A DNA stretch of 64,000 bases, taken from Octopus vulgaris (Eukaryota). The position numbers and the translations under genes were made by a program. The notes below the pieces were generated by a model. The model was given only the letters and a program-made list of their open reading frames with translations, did not search any database and was not told where the DNA came from. Each line of letters opens with the position of its first letter. Position 1 is the first letter of the stretch. Shown here one piece after another: positions 57,690 to 64,000 of the stretch. The stretch is taken from NCBI GenBank assembly GCA_951406725.2, contig OX597818.1:52576001-52640000 (forward strand), written 5' to 3'.

Positions 57690-58220
57690 TTTCTCGTTGT
57701 TTTTTTCATCTCTACCCGTTTGAAATCATTGCAATGCTAATATTGCATCACCATTTTGTACTGTTGCATTCAAAGCCATTCTTTTCCCACACTGATGTCT
57801 AATTTCATAATTTTCGGTTTAAAAAAATGATGTCCAAAAGGTGATGGGGCATAATGAATAATGACTAATGGATTTTACTAATTTATCTTTAATCGCATAG
57901 GGCGTAATATATCGGTAAAAGAGCTACTCAGCAGATCGTAAAGACGTTATGGCGAATATTTTATGCTGAGTTATTTGATTTACCGCAAATCCTCGAGTCT
58001 AGTCCGCCCTTGAGTATAATATGCAGGGGATTTTTTGGGGGCTGTACCTCTGAAAAACCTAAACCTTGTGTATAATACGCACCCCTTCTCTAACTTCAGT
58101 CAAGGATGTCTATATAACGTCCTTGGTTTGTAAAACTGTATTTCTCATTGTTTTTTTTATCTCTATCCGTTTGAAATCATTACAATGCTAATATTGTATC
58201 GCCATTTTGTACGGTTGCAT
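57690..58220 (+). repeat. Duplicated block, copy 1, with a partial tandem restart at 58141
   Basis: ~57768-58140 matches ~58895-59268 and ~62660-63026. 57690-57769 is repeated at 58141-58220. Confidence 0.85.
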
Positions 58221-58309
58221 CATCTGTGGGAGCAAAAACTAGTTAGCATAGCTGTTGGTGTCGAAGTTGAGAGAGTTTGAAGCATATTCAGGTGAAGCGT
58301 CCCCAAAGT

Positions 58310-58630
58310 CTATCCCCTCCTCACCGTGGTAGGGACGCTGGCAACGGGTAGTGTCAGAGCTATGCCGTCGGGAACTTCGGTTCCTGGTAGGGCCACCCAA
58401 GGCGGATTGGTCTGACACCGAGTGGTATTAGGGCCACAACTCGGCAGACGGGGCTCTGGCGAAAATCCTCGGAATGTGTCTGTTTCGGCAACCGGCGGCT
58501 CCTCGGTCGTTCTGTCCCTGCGTCTGCGGACAATCTGCGGCAAACAGGATGTCTCTACATGCGGGATTGTTGGGGACTGCTTGTGAAATCCCCATATTCC
58601 CACCCGCCCAGGGTGAATGTCGCCACAAGT
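58310..58630 (+). mobile_element. RTE/BovB-like 5' UTR fragment
   Basis: GC-rich. gagctatgccgtc...cctggtagggccacccaaggcgga resembles the BovB/Expander leader motif as I recall it. Confidence 0.55.
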
Positions 58631-59111
58631 ACAAGTAATAGTCAGGTGACAATGCTATTTGTTTTTTCAAGAAAATTTCTCCTCAGCTTTGACTCTAGGT
58701 AACCAGAACCATGTTGATCAAGCCTAGCCCTGTGTCTAAGCGACCTTCAATTCATTCCAGTCCATTACCTTTCCTCAGCCAGAGCTTTCTAGGTATTTCC
58801 TCAGCAGGCTCTATGTTGTTCATGATGGTTCTTCCGCTAATAAAATATCTGATCAATTTTTGGTGTTTAACAGTAAATATTTTTTCCCTGTTGAATTCAA
58901 AGCTATTCTTTTCCCACACTAATGTCTAATTTCATAATTTTCAGTTAAAAAAGAAATGATGGCCAAAAGGTGGTGGGGCAAAATGAATAATGACTAATGA
59001 ATTTCACTAATTTATCTTTAACCGCATGGTGCGTAATATATCGGTAAAAGAGCTACTAAGCAGATCATAAAGACGTTATGGCGAATATTTTATGTTGAGT
59101 TATTTGATTTA

Positions 59112-59621
59112 CTGTAAATCCTTGAGTATAGTCCGCCCTTGAGTATAATACACAGGGATTTTTAAGGGGCTGTAGCTCTGAAAAACCTAAACCTTGTGTA
59201 TAATACGCACCCCTTCACTAACTTGTGTCAAGAAGGTCTATATAACGTCCTTGGTTTGTAAAACTGTATACGGTAACGTCCTTTATTATTAATATTGTAT
59301 ATATAACATAATGCAAACGTGTAGCTTTTTTGTGCATTTTGTTTGCAGAAAATGAAGAAATAACAGTAATAATGTTTAATAAATGTTGCTTACTGCAAGT
59401 TATGGATGATTCTTTTATGACTTCATTGCTTTCAGGCTTAGCTTAAAGGTATTTTCCTACATCACAAAATGCGTCGGAATAAACATTGCCGGACAGCAAA
59501 TAGAGACTCGGACATTGGTTAGAAAATCATTTTCATTTTTAACCTCGTATATAGTACGCACTAGGGATTTTGACCCTTAAATTTTGGGAAATAAACGCGG
59601 ATTATACACGAGGATTTACGG
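59112..59621. mobile_element. 510-bp pogo/Tc1-mariner-type MITE with TA target duplication
   Basis: TA|ctgtaaatccttgagtatagtccgc ... gcggattatacacgaggatttacgg|TA. Confidence 0.8.
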
Positions 59622-60076
59622 TAGTTAAGTTTCGTTAACCTCATATCATATGCAATTTTTCCATAATTCTCTTTGATTTGACCTAGATATTTAAAATTTT
59701 TGTTGCATTTCTAATCTTTATTAAGTCTAAGGACAGATTTTGATGTGTATGAGCCTGTTTTCAAATGTAATTCTAGAGAATGATCGAAGCAAATTTACTT
59801 TATCTTGTCTTACTCATTTTGCCCTAACTAAATTTGTTTTTATGTGCTCAAAGAGAACGGTGATAATTTTCTGAAATAGTGTTCTGAATATCGTGTAGTG
59901 CCTTTAATGTATCTAGAAAAGGTCATTTGCTTAGCTGATATAGTTTTTGTAAAATAGTGAACATTAAAAAAAAATGTTTTTCCTCAAAGTCAAAAATGCA
60001 GTACATATCACTCATTGTACACACCCATCCATTAACTAGCCCACCATTTGTTGACGTACGACAATTTTTCCTGTTT

Positions 60077-60410
60077 TGGAGTGGCTGTGTGGTAAGCAGC
60101 TTGCTTACCAACCACATAGTTTCGTGTTCAGTCCCACTGCATGGCACCTTGGGCAAGTGTCTTCTACTATAGCCTCAGGCCGACCAAAGCTTTGTGAGTG
60201 GATTTGGTAGACGGAAACTGAAAGAAGACCGTCATATATACTCTTTTCTCTTTTACTTGTTTCGCCATTTGACGGCAGCCATACTGGAGCACCGCCTTTA
60301 GTCGGGCAAATCGACCCCAGGACTTATTCTTTGTAAGCCTAGTACTTATTCTATCGGTTTTGTTGCTTTTTTAGCAACCGATTCGAAGTCTCTCAAGAAG
60401 AACTTATACA

Positions 60411-60444
<34 letters not shown>

Positions 60445-60477
60445 CATACAGACAGACAGACAGACAAACACACACAC

Positions 60478-60533
<56 letters not shown>

Positions 60534-60748
60534 TTGTATGTCTGTGTTTGCTCCCCCAACATTGCTTGACAACCGATACAGGTGTGTCTACGTCCCAGTA
60601 ACTTAGCGGTTCGGCAAAAGAAACATAAAATAAATACTAGGCTTACAGAGAATAAGTCCTGGTGTCGATTTGTTCGACTAAAGGCGGTGTTCCAGCATGG
60701 CCACAGTCAAATGACTGAAACAAGTAAAAGAGTAAGAGTAAAAGAGTA
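60077..60748. mobile_element. SINE B head (+, 60077-60236), B tail (-, 60240-60360), B tail (+, 60540-60748)
   Basis: Appears to be an inverted B tail inside the internal microsatellite of a plus-strand B copy. Confidence 0.8.
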
Positions 60749-60807
60749 ATTTTTGACTTACCCATATATACACATATATGTGTGTGTATGTGTGTGTCTA
60801 TCCATCC

Positions 60808-60895
<88 letters not shown>

Positions 60896-61336
60896 GTCTG
60901 TCTGTCTGTCTGTCTGTCTGTATGTATGTATGTATGTATGTATGTATGTATGTATGTATGTATGTATGTATAAGTTCTTCTTGAGAGAGTTCGAGCGGGT
61001 TGCTAAGAAAGCAACAAAACTTTATGAGTGAAGAGGGTTCCCGGCGTTTGTAAATATGTGCTTAAGTTGGTGTGTTTGTTGAACTGTCGATGCATGCACC
61101 GAAGTGTGTGCATCTATTCACATAAGAGTTGCACATGCAGAATTTCTTGAACGTCTTACAGATCATCACTGTGCCACTTTTGATTTTTTCCCGTGAAACC
61201 AAATGTTTCTAGGTTTTTCTGCAAATTGTATGCATGTATATACACACATACATATACAGTTATATTTACATGATTACATATAAATAAATATGTGTGTGTG
61301 TGTGTATGTGTGTGTGTGTGTGCTTGTGTATAAGTA

Positions 61337-61719
61337 TACTCTTTTACTCTTTTACTTGTTTCAGCCATTTGACAGTGGCCATACTGGAGCACCGCTTTAT
61401 TCTTTGTAAGCCTAGTACTTATTCTATTGGTCTCTTTTGCTGAACCGTTAAGTTACGGGGACGTAAACACACCAGCATCGGTTGTCAAGCGATGTTGGGG
61501 GGACAAACACAGACACACAAACATATACACACATACATATATATATAAATACATACATATATACGACGGGCTTCTTTTCAGTTTCCGTCTACCAAATCCA
61601 CTCACAAGGCTTTGGTCGGCCCGAGGCTATAGTAGAAGACACTTGCCCAAGGTGCCACGCAGTGGGACTGAACCTGGAACCATGTGACTGGTAAGCAAGC
61701 TACTTACCACACAGCCACC
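61337..61719 (-). mobile_element. SINE family B
   Basis: Near full-length reverse complement. Confidence 0.9.
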
Positions 61720-62029
61720 TGTACATGTATCATATATACATATATGCATACAAACCTACATACATACTTTTTATCTGTCCCTCTAAGTGTGTTTTTGTGT
61801 GTGCATGTGTGTCTATATGAGTTTTATCAGAAATAACGAGACAACAAAATACATCTAGTTTCACTGGATTTCATGTCTGGGATTAAATTCGTATTTAAGA
61901 AAAATCTACTCATTCAGGTAACCAGACGACCTAGCTGGCATACGTTTTAAGCTTGTGTCAGAGCTACTGCTCGGTCAAAAAGACGAGCTATGGAAATATT
62001 ATTCTGACAAACGTTGACTACACCTGTTT

Positions 62030-62620
62030 ATCGTCTAGGAAGCGGTGGATATGTCTCTGTTTCAGAGAATATTCACTGATAATTTTCAACGACATGCCCT
62101 GTAACTATACAGCAATTGCCTCAAAATAGAGGTATTTGTTGCCATTAAAATACACAAATAAGTCCAACATAAGTTTATAAATGTACGGGGGATGCTGAGA
62201 AGTTCCTGGCTTTAAGGGTTTCGTGAAAGGCTTGGATGGAAGCCCAAACTTCCTAGTTCTTTTACAGTGCCTAGAAAAACTGAAGCACCGCTGCAAAAGG
62301 TACGTGAATCTGAGAGGGGAATATGTCGAATAATTAACTGACCCCTGCTGTATTTTCTTTCACTCAGAGCCAGGAACTTTTCAGCATCCCCTCGTATAGA
62401 TCCTCAATGTTGTATTCTTAGGTCACTGGGTTTTTCGGGTCTTCGACAAACATCCTGATCTAGGTAACCAGAACTAGGTTGATCAAGCCTAGCCCTGTAT
62501 CTAAGTGACCCTCAATTGATTCCAGTCGATCACCTTTCCTCAGCCAGAGCTATCTAGGTATTTCCTCAGCAGCCTCTATGTTGTTCATGATGGTTCTTCC
62601 GCTAATAAAATATCTGATCA
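62030..62620 (-). pseudogene. Decayed reverse-transcriptase remnant, probably Penelope-like, split by a MITE
   Basis: After removing the MITE, one frame reads ...GDRLESIEGHLDTGLGL...LMLDLFVYFNGNKYLYFEAIAV*...HIHRFLDD, with four stops. Confidence 0.45.
62186..62394 (+). mobile_element. 209-bp mariner MITE with TA target duplication
   Basis: TA|cgggggatgctgagaagttcctggct ... agccaggaacttttcagcatcccctcg|TA. Internal LEKLKHRCKRYVNLRGEYVE* is a mariner transposase C-terminus. Confidence 0.9.
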
Positions 62621-63026
62621 ATTTTTGGTGTTTAACAGTAAATATTTTTCCCCTGTTGGATTCAAAGCCATTCTTTTCCCACACTAATGTCTAATTTCAT
62701 AATTTTCAGTTAAAAAAGAAATGATGTCCAAAAGGTGGTGGGGCAAAATGAATAATGAATAATGAATTTTACTAATTTATCTTTAACCGCATGGTGCTTA
62801 ATATATCGGTAAGAGAGCTACTCAGAAGATCGTAAAGACGTTATGGCGAATATTTTATGTTGAGTTTTTTGATTTACTGTAAGTCCTCGAGTATAGTCCG
62901 CCCTTGAGTATAATACGCAGGGGATTTTTAGTGGGCTGTACCTCTGAAAGACCTAAACCTTGTGTATAATACGCACCTCTTCACTAACTTGAGTCAAGGA
63001 TGTCTATATAACGTCCTTGGTTTGTA
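62459..63026 (+). repeat. Duplicated block, copy 3 (direct repeat of ~58694-59260)
   Basis: ~570 bp colinear, roughly 90% identical by eye. Confidence 0.9.
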
Positions 63027-63643
63027 TGTTGCTCATGATGGTTCTTCCGTTAATTTCTATACCCTTGTTCAGGGTACGACCTCCGACTGTCAAACTTCAA
63101 TGTAAAACATCTCGTTCTCCACCAATTATTGTGATAGTCTCCAACCAAATCCTGCTACTTAGTTCTCTTCCCATATGAATACAATCTTTTATTTTAATAT
63201 TATCTTGTAATAATATGTAAAGAATACTATAAGACATCAAAGTCGTTCGTCATACGTCAAATTCCAGGTCATTGCACTGTTAAGTAAAAATTTATTCAGT
63301 TCTTAAAAGGATGGTGGTTGTCTAGGATCTCCTGCATTTGTAATATTTATTACAAAGATAGTATTATATTTGTTACAAAGATGGCACTATATAATTTTTT
63401 TTTGTTTACGCCCTCATACGTCATATAAAAGTAATATCTTTCGCATATACTCTAAATACCTACTGATGGATACGAATGTAATACAGAAATGGTTGTTTAT
63501 AATTCATCCTCCGACGCATTTTCTTATCACATCTTATCTCTGTTTTATATGTATTTCAAGAGATACAAGATATATATTCTGTTTCTAGACGTTGGAGAGA
63601 AACCCTTCTTAAACATGTATTTCATTCACAATACATACATAAT

Positions 63644-63910
<267 letters not shown>

Positions 63911-64000
63911 TATATAGAGATAGATAAATAGATACACATTGTGAATGAAATATATCACGTATACACGCACACACACACATATATATATATACAATGATTT

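Noticed and set aside
62535-62590. NIEAAEEIPR*LWLR resembles the RNase E/G motif NLEAAEEIARQLRLR
   Set aside because: The following catalytic IDFIDM motif is absent. The frame is better explained as a decayed RT.

Overview
AT-rich, repeat-saturated eukaryotic DNA with no recognisable intact gene. The microsatellite load and SINE repertoire suggest an octopus or other cephalopod genome (inference). Most ORF-track entries are translations of microsatellites or SINEs. The window holds four tRNA-derived SINE families (my labels A-D) with modular heads and tails. Other retroelement remnants are 5'-truncated R4/Dong-type LINEs in (TAA)n tracts, a (TACA)n-flanked relative, and RTE, L1/Tx1 and CR1-like fragments. 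DNA elements include mariner and pogo-like MITEs and a Helitron end. Several Penelope-like remnants carry minimal hammerhead-ribozyme motifs and long hairpins. There is also a local triplication that overlaps a decayed Penelope-like RT, and a speculative minus-strand spliced gene (exons near 36.4, 35.9 and 12.5 kb). Repeat boundaries were read by eye and are approximate. I cannot establish that any of this is a wholly new system. The ribozyme remnants and the microsatellite-targeting LINEs are the best leads.
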